A DNA stretch of 64,000 bases, taken from assembly GCF_009914755.1 (NCBI RefSeq), contig NC_060933.1. One strand, written 5' to 3'. The notes under the pieces are model-generated. The model saw only the letters and a list, made by a program, of their open reading frames with translations, searched no databases and was not told the origin of the DNA. The translations under genes and the position numbers were made by a program. Shown in pieces: positions 13,332 through 27,157 of the stretch; the first letter of the stretch is position 1; the number at the start of each line of letters is the position of its first letter. Origin of the DNA: the human T2T-CHM13v2.0 reference genome, Homo sapiens.

Positions 13332-16300
13332 GTCAGTCAAATTTGCTAGTTCATTTGTCATAAACATAACTCAAGTTCCAAATAGGTTATTTAAATTAAA
13401 ATGAAACGTTTTAATTAAAAATAAAATGAAATTAAACATCAATAGTGTTGCTGTCCAGTGTTCATTACTAATCACGTGTTATTAGTACCCATACTCCTTG
13501 CTCTGGCTGCTATGCGAGGCCATCTTGGAGTCTACAGACTCCCCTTTTATAAAGCAGCAGGTGACATGCTCTTCAGAGTCATTTTCTCTTCTGATTTCCT
13601 TTCATTCTGGTTCCTTGTTTCTTTCCTTAACAAGGTCCAGGCCAATGGACCACTCAACGTTCTTAACCAATGTGATGACACAATGTTCTCAGGATTTTTT
13701 CCATTTTATCTCTATTCCCGATCAGGGACAAGATCAGAGCAGACCATATTTCAGGGCCACAGCTGATCCCTTCTAGCCTGTCCACACTGATTATATAGAG
13801 TCAAAACAAGCCTTAGAACAGTTCTGCTGCCTTTGAACATACTCAGTCTTTGCTAAAGAGAAAGAACTTATTCTCGGTAGTCAGATTCTTAAAAGGTCTT
13901 TGAAAGTAGAAGCTTTAAACAGGCACTTGACACTTTCACACATGATTATTTGCTTTTTGGAAACTACAGTTAGCCCTCAGATTATCTGCAGGGTCAAGAA
14001 TCTGCCTGATGAATGAATTATCTCAAGTGAAGAGTAGTCATGGAAGTGCAGGTCAAGAATCTTTTCATAGGTGTAACGTTTGCCTTTGCAGTCACAATAC
14101 TTGCTGGTGATTCTCTTTAGTATAGTGTAGCTTACTCATCCTCAACTTATGAGAGAGAATATAAGAAAAATCTTCCCCTAGAAAAGCAATCAGGAATACC
14201 AAAAGACAAAGATTCATTTTCAAACTCCTTGGATTTTTGAGAAACATCTCAATGTTATTTTTTAAAATCATACTATACTGATGATGTATGCATAAAAAGA
14301 AAGCTTCATCTCATTAAAATATGACTTGGGCAATGTCGATGCAAATCATTCTATTTTGAGGTGATAAGCAATGCAATTTTAGTTTTTGTTTTCTGCTGTC
14401 AATTTCTTGAGGTGTATATTCCTCTACTCTTTTATCTTTATATTTATGACTGTTAAGTTCTACATGTGATATGAAATTGCTGTTATTAATTAATTCACAG
14501 GAACCATATTCCCTACCTCATAAAAGTGAACTCAGAATAACAGGTTTTCATTAAAAGAACAAAAAGAATAGATATTTTATAATTGTAAAATTTAGGTGAA
14601 GTTTAATTTAGCATCATATTACATCAGAAAATTATATATTAAAAATTGGATACGACATAAAAACTGAATAAGGTGTTGAAATTGTGCTTGGATTTCTTTA
14701 TTTTGGAAATCTTAAGGGTTTGAACTTTTTAGCCAAGACAGTTATAACCCATGCAATTTGATTTCATTTTAAAATTATTCTACTTATATATTTTTATGCA
14801 TAACTGTAATAGGAAGACCAGTGTGTGAAAGGCACAGTTATCCTAATTCAGACAGGTCAAGTCAGCCCTAGAGAGACCTTGAAAGTCTTTTACACATTTC
14901 CATGAAAATTTGTACGTGTATTTCTAGGAGAAATGACAATTTCACTTCCCACAACTTCATAAAGCTTTTTTCCACAAAGAAAAAAAATGTCAATCAAGAG
15001 ATGGCCATGGAAGAGAGTTATGTGAAATAAAAGCATTTTGTTAACAATTTGAAAGAAATGTTTATAATAATGTTTACTCAATCTTTCTTGCCTCTGATTT
15101 TTACCCACTCTTGTCTGTTGGAGAAACTTTTTTGGCCTATTTCTTATTACCCAAAGCAAAAGGCCATTCTGCAGTGAAAGAAGTCTGCCTGTGCAATTTA
15201 TGCCTTTTCTATGTCCAGTGTTATTTTAAAACATTTATTACAGCACATGAGTAAATGTTGGGACAGTTGGCTATGTAAAAAAGAAAGACACAAAGAAAGA
15301 TAAGTGAGAAAAGGGAAAAGAAAAAATAGGCAAATGTCAGGAAGCTGCTTTTTTTTATTGAAGAAGTAATTAGACAAAGCTGAGAAAATTAAGACTTAGC
15401 AGTAGGAAAGGTCTAAGGGACAGCTGCTTCCGAAAATGTAAGTACGCTACTCTGAGGTTAAGATACTTCAGAAATTGCCATGAAATTCATTGAACTCTTT
15501 TGCATACCTGGAATCAAAGCAACCCTTCTGAATTCTAAGAGAAAATGAGAAGTGATGACCTAAGAAAATTAGATAGAATAGACTCCAGAAAATAGATCTG
15601 CTCTTCCATCAGACAGTGCAGAATCAAACCCCCAGGAAGCTGTTTTCTCACTCAGATTTAATGGTCTAATAGTAAAATCGAGAGTGAACAATGACATTCA
15701 ACCAACACTTTTGTGTCCAAATTTAGAAATTCCCAAAAGGGAAAACCAACGTTCTTGGTATAAAGTCACATGTTTTTAATTTCAAAAGAAATTTATTATA
15801 TCTAGCCACTGAGATATTTATTCATTTTTCCTGAATCACACTAGGATTTTTACCTATTTTAGTATTTAAAAGTAGAGTCCCTTGTAGTAAGAAAAGAGAA
15901 GGAAAAAGTAAAAAATAAATTTAAAAAGAAAAGTCCCAGTTAGACAGCCAACTTTATTCCCTATCAAGGCTTGCATGTGTCATTGACAGCAAAAACCGCA
16001 TTAAACAATTAAGTCTATAACCTTATATTTATTACTTTACCCTTCTGGGCTTCCATTTTCTCACCCACCGAATGGGAAGAGAGGGTCATTTGTTGTTAAA
16101 TTAATGGTTTTCAAACTGTGCCCACAGAGCCTGTTGTTCCACAGTTTTTTAAATTAAATTTTGTTTTATATATTTTAAAGTATTTTTAAATAATAATTCA
16201 CAAAAATATATTCAAACATGTTAAGCAACTAATTTTAACTGATTCACACTAAGTTAAATTATAAAAATTATCACAATTTTAAGTGTTGTACTACCGAAGT

Positions 16301-18669
16301 AAATGCTTTTGCCCTCATCATTAAGTTCCTCAGTTATGTCTAGTTGAAAAAATAACTATCCTAAGATTGCAAGGTAAGCTGTAAAAACAGTTTTCATTAC
16401 AAAACACTCTCTGTGATAATAAGAATTTTCTCATTACTACATATCTAAAACCAAAACAAAGAAGAAATAAACTAGATATGGCTACCAGTAGCCATAATCC
16501 CTGATATCCACTTTTTGTGTTTACCAAAATAGCTTCCCTATTCTCATTATTTTGCTTTATAATAGGTAAACATTATACATTTGAACTAATCAACTAAAAT
16601 CATAAATATCATCAGTATTTGGTCTATATATTTTGGTCTTTTACACAATATAAAGCCTCCCAATGACCAGGATGTTTCCAGTCACTGCATGTGATTGTGT
16701 CCACAGTCCCTTCCAACTTCAAACTCAGTGACTATAAATATCAGTCATTATTTTAGTTTTAGGAAGTTTACAACAGCTTCCTAAATACATGAACAACTTC
16801 TAGGAATTGTCTCAAATCAACAGAGAACAGGCAACCAGTGGCATGGAGGGGTCTCAGGAATATCTCACTCTACACATCTGTCTATTTTTTGGTTCTCATT
16901 CTCTTTTCCTTTTGTTCCCACCATCTTCTTTCTTTACTTTCCCATCTCATTTTTTGTTCCTCCTCCTTACACTCACTGACAACATCCACTGGATTCCATG
17001 GTGGTGGATTAGTTCATCTACTAGTTCTTGAGGCTGAAGAGATTGTTGACATCTCGCCTATACTCTTCAAAATACTTTTTATGTTTTCATGGCTTTTTTG
17101 CTGATTCTAAATGCTAACTTAGAAATATTGATAAGTTAAAAGACTGTAATGAAAACAATGAACTCACTAATAATCCCCAATGCCCGCAGATAACCTCTGT
17201 TAATGCTTTTGCTATATTTCTTTCCAGTCTTGTCTATAGCTCATAACATAATTGAGATCATACTTTATACAGTAGATACTTGGCATTGAATAATTTGGCA
17301 TTCTTGGTTCTCATTCTTCTAAAAGCAAGCCTGAATATCCATGACACATAGTAACTCGACATTGTGCTGAGGTAGGAATTTAAGTTCACTGGACTATAAG
17401 ACCAACAATTGAGCCATGCTGGCTGCCCAGCAGTTTCATCCCAAGAAGGCTTTGTTGCTCTCTGCTGGTGTCATTTACACAGTTATTTTTCTGAAGTGAT
17501 AAAACACTTTGTTTCCTGGCCAAAAGTGGTAAACTAGGAGCCAAAATTTAATCCTTATAAGGGAAGTGAAGAGAAAGTAAAGTATAAAGATTTAATGACT
17601 TTTAGATAAAATTAATAAGGCTTTTCATTAGAGACTCAGAGCTATGACATCACTAAGCCCATCATATGCTCTGTACACAGTGTATTACATGTTCTACTGG
17701 TAGTCCCAATGGGCATTCCCAGAAGTCCAGAGACACACCCTCCTGCATGTCAGGGATCTACCACGTTTGTTTTCTGCTTCATACATTTAACACTATGTTC
17801 TGTATGCTTTCCCATGTGACTAAGACATTTAGGATCTAGTAAAATGTAAAATCCTCTCTTGTGCCTACCATGGTATAAGCAAAGCTTCTGTCTTACGCCA
17901 ATGGAAATATTTTTGGAATTTGTGCAATGATGTGTGGCATTTTTACCTCTTGGGTGAAAGGTCAGGTCCATCATGTGGCCAGAAAGCCTCAAAGTATAAG
18001 CCTGTGGTTCAGCAACAACTAAAAAGGCATAGCATGAATCCAGCTAATAAACACCTTGATGTTTCAAAGCAGCTTTAGATGTAAAATATACAACATTTAG
18101 CCTTACATATCTTAATCTGTGAGATGGTGAGACAGTTAAGGCTGTCTGGAGGAAATTGTGCAAGTTACACTTTGTGAGACAATCAGAGAACCACCTTTGC
18201 AGATTTTCTTTTTTTTTTTTTTTTTGGCACAGACCTTTAGTTTTCTCTCCAAGGCAGTAATGAAGGGGGCTTAAATTGGCAAGAGGTGGACAAGTGAAAA
18301 AAGATCTCACTCATCACACTATCACGGCCACAATTATTAGCAAACAAATCTGTTTCTAGCTGAAACTGCATCCAGATTCCCCCTTCCCTCAAGGAATTCA
18401 GAGCAACAGTCCTAAGCAAATGCCCAAACTTGTATACCCCCAAGCGGCAATTCTTGGCAAGTTTAAGTGAACTTTTTTTTTTTTTTTGTCCAGCTCCATT
18501 TAGTTTCACAGTAAATTGCATAAATTGTCTCTGGCCAGGAACCAAAAAAAAAGTCTCAAATTCTAATGCAACTATGAAGAAATACCCTGTATTAGAACAA
18601 GTGTTATGTGTAGTAGGCATGTAAAAATACTGATTCTCACACCAACTTGGTGACCAACTAGTCAATGGC

Positions 18670-18925
18670 AATATAGCCTGATGTTTAGGAGTGGGAGCTT
18701 TGGCATAAAACGTCCTGGCTTGAGACCCTGGCTCTGCCACTTACTAGTTGAATGGCCTTTGGCAAATTCCTTATTCCCACTAAGCCTCAGATTTTTCATC
18801 CTACGAAGTGAGGATAATAACAATACTTACCTCATAAAGTTGTCATGAGGAATACATGGCATAATACATTTAAAGAGCTTAGCAGAGTACCTGACTCATG
18901 ATAAGCGCTCAATAAATGTTAGCTG
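18670..18925 (+). mobile_element. MIR
   Basis: ctggctctgccacttactag...gcctcagatttttcatc...aagcgctcaataaatgttagct. Confidence 0.8.
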
Positions 18926-19829
18926 CAGCAGCTATATAATGACTAAGATCACGGTTATGATGATGTTGATGTTAGCTGAGAGAAACTCTTAAGCTCTCCA
19001 GAAATCAGCTTTCTCATCCATGAAAGGAAAAGATGGAATTCTAGAATTCTGTATGGGTCTAGAAAGATGGTTCTCTGTTTGTTGTTTTAACAACAGGAAC
19101 TGTAAGTCCTAGGAAAATATGATCTTGAGAGTAAATCACATTTATCAGATTTTTTTAAATATAATGATCACAAGAAATTAAGATAATTGGCAACTCCTGA
19201 AGTCTCAGTTCACAAGTGTCTGATAACCTCTACTTTACCAGCTGTGAGACATTGCCATTTAATTTACATGGGACTTAGGCCAGGTATGTCTCCAAAAAAA
19301 AAACTCAGTGTAAGGACAAGAAATGGTTGACTTATTTAGCAATTACTGTATAATGAAATGTTTTCTTAATTATGGAGGTCTTTAGTTTTACTACAGTAAG
19401 TAAATGATTTAGAAAAGTAACAACTTCTTACCTTTTGATCAACCTCATTTAAGTAACTGCTTTGTGCAGCTAATAAGTAAACAATAAGAAAAAAATACCC
19501 ATAAAATCTCATTTCCACATTCATGTATTATTCATAATGAGATAAATGATACAAAGTTAGGGTGCTTCTTAGAATGCATGATCATACCCTTCCCATGCTT
19601 ATAGATACACCACACATCATCAGACAATCACATAATCAACTATAACTCAATTATCTGGGAAATTCAATTTACTACAAAGCCAGATCATTCCTAATAGTAG
19701 TATCACTTCTTATAGTACACTTTAAAGTTTTTTAAAGTGTAATTATTTGTGTAATTCTTTTAATTGGCCTGTGAGTTAATAGAGTAGGTATTATTTCCAT
19801 CCTTATTTTTAACTTCCGTCTGTCAGTTT

Positions 19830-20230
19830 GTAGCCAAAAGACTTTACTAGCTAAGTAACTTCTTATCTAGGCCTGAGTTTTGCCCTCTGTAAAATAAATA
19901 TAATATTCCTGTCAGAGAGTAACTGTGAGAATTAATAAGACAACATATGTAAAGTCCTTAGTGAGGTGCCAAGCAGTCACCAAACATCAGCTATCATGAT
20001 TGAATTGAGAAACAGACTGGTAAAACAACTTGCCCAATGTCACTTCTGTTTGAAGTTTATAAGGTGCCTTCACATCCATTATCTTATTTAGTTTTACAGT
20101 CCCTAGGTTAGCGGGCTGGGGGTTGTCACCTTTATTTTACAGATGAAAAAACTGAAGCTCAGAGAGGTTAAGTGTTAGGGCCACTTGGCAAAAGCAAATT
20201 GGGATGTGGATCTAAGTTCTTCCAGTTCTA
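19830..20230. mobile_element. Adjacent MIR relics (+ then -)
   Basis: ctctgtaaaataaatataata...aagtccttagtgaggtgcc, then ttttacagatgaaaaaactgaagctcagagaggttaagtg. Confidence 0.6.
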
Positions 20231-22079
20231 CAGTATCTCTACATAAAGACAGGCATAAAGGCAGGCAACCTGATGCCTGGTGCAGCCTTCATGCCATCAA
20301 ATCCCACAGTCATCCTTGTTCTGCATAATGCCTTAAGCAACCTATGAGATCTGGTTCCAGCCCAACGTAGAACAGCACAGCCAGCACAGAACCATTAACC
20401 ATAACAATGCCAAGTCTGGGTGTTTGAATTGACCACATACCCAGGTTAGGCAAGCCTCTTTCATGTAAGTGTAAATACTGACGTTTACTCAAATCAAACA
20501 ATGGCTAAATCACTCAGTACAGAAAGAAGTAAACAAAGACCAAGGAAATATTAGTCCCACTTATTTAAAAGCAGTTCAGAAATTACATTCATTAATACCA
20601 AGAATGTTTAACCCCACAAATGTAGATGTGAGGAAGTATTCAATGATTTGACCCAAATTATTAAAACTCTTCAGTATTTAGTTTATTACAGAAAATGAAT
20701 TTGTGTCCAAAAAACTGTTTTCAGATCTGCATAAAGCAGACTCCTTTTGATCTGATTTCGGTGGAAGCCCAGATAAATGAATGTTGCTGCTTAGTTTATG
20801 GTTTTTTAAAAATGGGACCTAATTATAGAATATTTTCCGATTTATGGGATCCCAACGTGCCTCTGTAAATGTTAGGGAAACTCTCTGTGTTTTAAGAAGT
20901 CATGAAGTGTCACAGGAGGTAAATTTTGAGAGAATTATCTTAGTTCAGTGGTTTTCAAGCTGTGGCCCAGTAAGCTCTGAGTTCTACTCTTAGCATACAC
21001 TAGGAAGGGGCAGGTAAGATAGAGTCCAATAGCATGGGTTTCCAGGCACCTACTCTTACTTCATCTTAAAACTTCTGATCTCATCCAGTACTTAGTTTTT
21101 GCGGATGGCCAAACCTTGATGTAAGGTATTCAAGGTTACATAGAAAGAAAGTAGCAGAGAGGAGTACTGACCTTCCAACTCCCAGCCTCTCAGGTGATCC
21201 TTTTCCTCATTATGGCCAGATCCTCCATGCTTTGCTACTCACGAAATAGCAAAGTGCTTGTATGTCTTCCAACTTTTTATTACTTCTTTCCTGCACCCTT
21301 CTAAACTGTTGCTTAGAAATAGGCTGGTTTCTATTGCCCTGAGGTTGTCTAGAGAAGATGGAGCACCATTTTCTATACAAGAGACCCTTCTACTACACAC
21401 AATTTTGTTCATTTTTTAAAATATAGTCACCTATTTTGTGAAAGGTTCTGTGCTTGGTGCCATGGCAAAGGCAAAAATGAATCAACTAGAGTCTGGGCCC
21501 CCACACTGTCCAGGGCAGGTTGAGTTGTCCAAAGCAGCACGGTATCTGAAAGACACATGAGAAAGAGAGAAGAGAAGATCTTGTTAAAAGCTTTCAGAGT
21601 TATATCTGGGAGATAGCCAATGAAAAGATACAGAGGTAACCTAAGCAGGATGGAAGCATAGTCACTAATCTGTCCTTTCTCTGCTCACATCAGCCAATCA
21701 CCCCCGCTTGCCTGAACAGCCTTCCTAAACTGCCAGACCACTCTCCATATCAGACTGCCCTCTCTCAAAGATGGCAGGGCCAGCAAAAGGCAAGACGTGG
21801 GACTGAATATGTGCACAACAGTGGCAGTTTGGGAGTTTCTTTCCTTCCTTTCCTAACTAGCTTTTAAAAACTTGTTTTTGCTTTTTTGTTTTAATTTTGG
21901 ATGTGGTTGCATTACTTGCCTTTGCATCTGCACACTGATGACATAAGTTCACTCAATGATTATTTACTAATCACCTGTGTGCAGAACACTGTCCTAAGAG
22001 ATGCAGTAAAGAACCAATATAGCTTCTGCCTCATGGTGATAAACTAAAGAAAAACTTGTGAAATAGTTAGAAGTTAGTA

Positions 22080-22438
22080 CAGTTGGCCCTCAGTATCCAT
22101 GGGGGATTGGTTCCAGGACCCACCCCACCCCCACCTCCACAGATACCAAAAGCCACAGATGCTCAAATGCCTTCCATATATAAAGTGGTGTAGTATTTGA
22201 ATGTGACTTATATCCACCCTCTGTGTACTTTAAATCATCTCTAGATTATGTATAATACCTTATAAAATGTAAATGCTATGTAAATAATTGTTATACTATA
22301 ATGTTTAGGGAATAATGGTGAGAGAAAACATCTGTACATATTCATTACAGATGCAACTATCCATTTTTTTTCTTCAAATATTTTCAGGCTATGGTTGAAT
22401 CCGTGGACGCAGGACCCATGGATATAAAGGGCCAATAG
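22080..22438 (+). mobile_element. MER2-like Tigger MITE, probably inserted in an L2 relic
   Basis: TIRs CAGTTGGCCCTCAGTATCCATGGG / CCCATGGATATAAAGGGCCAATAG with TA on both sides. Confidence 0.85.
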
Positions 22439-23026
22439 TACACAGTTAAAAGTGAGGAGAGGAGTTAGTATTAGGGGTGTTAAGAAGAAGGAGAGCGAAT
22501 TTCTGGCTAGATGTTAAGAGAGAAAATAGGCAAGAATTTAGGAGAAGTAGCATTTGACTAAAAAATTTCACTGGGCATTATGGAACCATGTGAGTCTTCT
22601 AAATGGTGAGGTGAAGTATCAGGTGCTTTGGCAGCAGAGTAGGCTGGATTGATTTGTTACGAGACTGGTATGAAAGTGCCCAAACTTGTGTCAGGAGGAG
22701 ATCTACTTGGCAAACATTGCTGGTGTCGAGATGACAACTGGAAGAACTGAGTGGTGAAGGTAGCCCCAGTGTACAGTGGATAGGAGAATTGCCATGACTG
22801 AATGGTGGTCGTGATAACAGGAGAAGAAGCAAGGCCAAATAATGAATTGTCTGGGATGCACTGAGCTTGAAAAGCCTAGAGCACATCTAGTTATCAGGAA
22901 ATCAGAAACGAAGATTTGCAGTTCCAGAGAAGAAGCAAGAGGTCATGAGAGATTCACTGAGAGAAACCCTTGAAACCATGAAAGGATCTCTTTATGGTTC
23001 ATTTTCATTATAAAAAGAACAGAACC

Positions 23027-23315
23027 GGCCGGGTGTGGTGGCTCATGCCTGTGAGGAGGCCAAGGTGGGCAGATCACGAGGGCAGGAGTTCGAGACCATC
23101 CTGGCTAACAAGGTGAAACCCTATCTCTACTAAAAATACAAAAAATTATCCGGGCGTGGCGGCGGGCGCCTGTAGTCCCAGCTACTCAGGAGGCCGAGGC
23201 AGGAGAATGGCGTGAACCTGAGAGGAGGAGTTTGCAGTGAGCCGAGATCGCACCTCTGCACTCCAACCTGGGCGACAGAGTGAGACTCCATCTCAAAAAA
23301 ATTAAATTTAATTAA
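23027..23315 (+). mobile_element. AluY-like with a small left-arm deletion
   Basis: Lacks the aatcccagcacttt segment; TSD AAAAAGAACAGAACC. Confidence 0.93.
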
Positions 23316-25441
23316 AAAAAAGAACAGAACCCCGGTAAATTAGGTGCCCATGGAATTAACTACTTTAGGATTTTTCTTGTAGAGAGAGATGTATCTCAAT
23401 AGTTATATTCTACAACTGAGCAGTGTGAGCCCAATTTTGGCTTGTTTTTTTTTTTTTAACACTGGGGACTCTGTTCTAAAGTAGCATCTTAGATCACTTC
23501 TGCACAGACTCAATGATCTTGAAGTAACGCATGGAATTTGAGGTGATGGCCTCATTTCATCCACTTCATAGTTCCAAAGTTTCTGTCTTTTCTTTCTTAG
23601 ATTTGAATTTTTTCATACTTGAATATTCTAATTGTTGTAATTGTAAAAGGTGATATATTATAGAAAGCTTAGAAAACAGAAAAACATTTAAAAAGAAAGC
23701 AAAAAGTACTCATAATCCTAATACCAATAACTAACCACTGTTGAGAGTTTTTTATATGTGTGTGCATATATATGCATGTATACATCTGTGTGTATACATG
23801 TGTCACATGAACACACATATGTAAGTTATGAAAATGCATAGATATGTACACCATCTATATATTTTCTCATTATGGTCAATCATATTGTACATTCTATTTC
23901 ATATTCAATTATTTTTAGTTGACATTACATTTGAGCATTTTTCCATGTCATTAAAAATGACTCAAAAACCATTATGTCCATGTGCTGCATAATGTTTCAT
24001 TATATAAACTTGTCATAACACTGAATCATTCTCCTGAATTGTCAATGGACAATTCAGTAAGACATGTATTTTGAGAGGATGAGGTGGGATGCCTTTTCTA
24101 CTGATAGCACATCACTCCAGAATGATCACTTGCTCATGCTCACCTTCTCTTACCACCACAACCCCTGATGATGGGGATATTACATGGAGTCATGTTACTG
24201 CCCAGTGTAAGAGAAACAATGTAAGAACTGTGTGCCTGGTGGTCAGCATAATGAAGGCACTGGAGAATGAGTTTTACCCCCAAGCCAACTGTTTCTTCTA
24301 TCTTTTCCCTTTGTGACCATTTTTAAAAATCATTTTTGCCTCCTTCACCACACCCCACATATTCAGATGCATGTCTGAATGCGTGCATACATGTACACAC
24401 ACCCACATCGAGACCTAAACATGGGGAGAACTTCTTAAAGTCCCGAAATTACATTCTTTTTCATTATTCTTTATGATTCACACTTTGCTTAAGAAAAAAA
24501 AAAAGTAAGCAATAGGAAGTTAACTTCAGGCAAGCTTGCTTTCTCCCAGCAACAGTGTAGTGAAAGGCTAGGGCCATGGCATGAACCCCAGAGAGAGCTG
24601 AGCCTATGTACACGAATATGTATTAGCAGGACTGGACAGAGCACCATTGTTTTGATAGCTTTCTGTTTTCACAGGTGCTACAGAGTCACTTTATGAGTCT
24701 TCACCATGACCCATGTCATAGAAGACAAATATAGCTATAGTTTTGCTGAATCCAGGTTTAAAGTTCCTTGTTCAAACAAAAACATAATTTCTAAATCGGT
24801 CCAAAGCAAAGTTCAACGTCTTGAATTTTGTACACTCTCCCTTTTATTCTCCTTCACTTCAGCTTGTCTCCTTCAGTGTTACTGCCTCCATTTTAAATAT
24901 CATCAGCTGATAAATCAATTGACAGAGATCTGCAACAGTTTATTCTAATATTGAAGATGACAAATTACAGCCATAAATTTTTTCAGGAGAGAAGGCAATG
25001 GTATGCATTTCTGCATTTAGAAATTGATGTAGCATGAATAAAGATACTAGAGTAATGTAAAATATAATTTCAAAGTCAACTTGATTTATTCCTTAATTGA
25101 CTACTATTAGATAACAGTGTATGTACAAACTTACTAGAAGGACTGTGGAAGAGGATTGGCATTCTTTAAAATATAGTCCTTTTAGAAAAAAAAATTCCCT
25201 TTATTACTAGATGTAAGAATGATTCTTACTAGATGTTAGAATGATTGTAACATGAGGAACGATTGAGCTTTCACCTGATTTCTTATCATCTGTCAGAAGG
25301 TAGAAAAAAATAGGATGGTTCACTCAAAAAACAGAAAAGGTTAAAGGCTGTTCATTTCATTCTTGTGTGAAGAACTGTGGGATTTTGAGCATGCCCAAAA
25401 GGCAGCATCCCTTTTCTTATACATTGTTACTGAAGGTTAAT

Positions 25442-25451
25442 ACACACACAG

Positions 25452-25482
<31 letters not shown>
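25442..25482. repeat. (CA)n microsatellite
   Basis: Directly visible, one interruption. Confidence 0.95.
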
Positions 25483-25483
<1 letters not shown>

Positions 25484-27106
25484 CATGAAAATTTTCTCAC
25501 ACAAATGAATATAAAAAACTTATTTACACAAATAAATACAGAAAATTTAGTCATGTAAAATAAATAAGTTAGTACTCCAATGACCTTCCCTCCTGGAAAT
25601 AGATATCCATCTTAAATGCTTTGTTTCCTATTTTTTAAATAACAAAATTTGACTTCTCTCATGTATCCCCTAACCTTTCAGTAATTTCTTCAGAAACTAT
25701 GCAGGCCCCTTTATCCCTCTCTCTCTCCTTCTTACCTTTCATCATCTCCAGCCAGTGCTATTTTTATCTCTGTGATCCACACTCACGGCTCACTGTTTCT
25801 ACCCAAACACCTGGGTTTGCTAGCCATATTTTATAAACCTACTATATCATCTTATATCAGAGGAATGGGTAAAAATGGAAGTATTTATTTATTAAAATAT
25901 AAAGATCAACATATTTATATTGAATATATCAATATTATATAGATATATAAATAGATGCATCCATCTATCCCAGAGGCACAGATAGAATACATGAGTTCCT
26001 TCAATACCCCAAAGAGGGGCTTTCTATCATTTATCAGTTGCAAAATAAGCATCTTCCACTTATGCACTACCATGCTCTACATCTGTGCATCTCCATCTCC
26101 CACTCTTGATGAAGGTGCTGTTGCACTAGCGGTCTTATCCAAAACCCATGAATCATTAGTCCTCCACAAACCAGAAAACAAGGCCTCTGCAGGGACCCAC
26201 CAGTCTTACCAATTGGAGACTTTAGTTGAAATCAGTGAAGTAGGTCAGAGTAGTTTATTGGCATCCTAAAGGCCTCCAGGAACCTCCACACAGCCTATGA
26301 TATATCTTGTGGATCCTGAGCATTCACTCTGTCTCTAAACCTCACAGGTTTCCCAGGGTCCTAGAGGTACTAACAAGCCATGACAATCACAACCATCACT
26401 GCAATAGCAGTTAACACTGTACAATATTTTATAGACCACAAAAACCCACTTTTCATAATATCTCATTTTAACTGCCTACCTTTATTTTGGTAGGAAATTT
26501 GCCTTTGCTAATAGTTGCCTACTATGTTCAGTAGTTTCCCCCTCCCCTTATAAAATACCCAAGTGGCTACTTTCCAAGTATTAGTGAAATCCCTAGATCT
26601 GCGAAGAGAAGAAACCTAGCTAATGCAGTTACATAGTATTGTCAATTCTGAAGTACATATTCTCCAGCTTGAATAGCTCTCTCTTTCATCAGAAGTGAGA
26701 CAGTTACTGTAATTGCTTGGCGAGCATCTGGAAGTAACATGAATAATGATGATAATAATAATGACCTCATAGGATGTATAATTTGGGGATTAAAGAACAT
26801 TTACAATCTTATGGTGTCATAGTTAATGATGAAGTGCCAAGTTTTGTTGCCACCACCCTTTGCAATGGTATTTCCTGCTTGGATCAGAGAACTAATTATA
26901 GTAAATGGTGCCCTTTCAAAGAACTTGCCCCATCCTAAAGCATATCCTGGCATAAAGATATAAAACTGTTTTAGTGTTGTTTTATAGATACAATTTATTA
27001 ATGTTATTTTGCATTTGTATTAAAAATTTGTATAATGTAATCATTTAGTGTTTATTTTATTGTGTGTACCTTCTACTCAGAGGGTTGGCATTATTGTTCC
27101 TAACAG

Positions 27107-27157
27107 TGACGGATACAAGCAGATCATGCCTTATGACCTCTACCATCCCCTTCCTCG
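27107..27157 (+). CDS. ADAMTSL1: ADAMTSL1 small coding exon (~exon 10): (S)DGYKQIMPYDLYHPLP(R)
   Basis: Acceptor ttcctaacag|TG, donor TCG|gtacgt; 51 nt, phase 2-2; GC/CpG-richer than its AT-rich flanks; not in the ORF track. Confidence 0.92.

Noticed and set aside
17280-17900. Possible ancient Tigger-like relic
   Set aside because: Resemblance too weak to call without a Dfam search.
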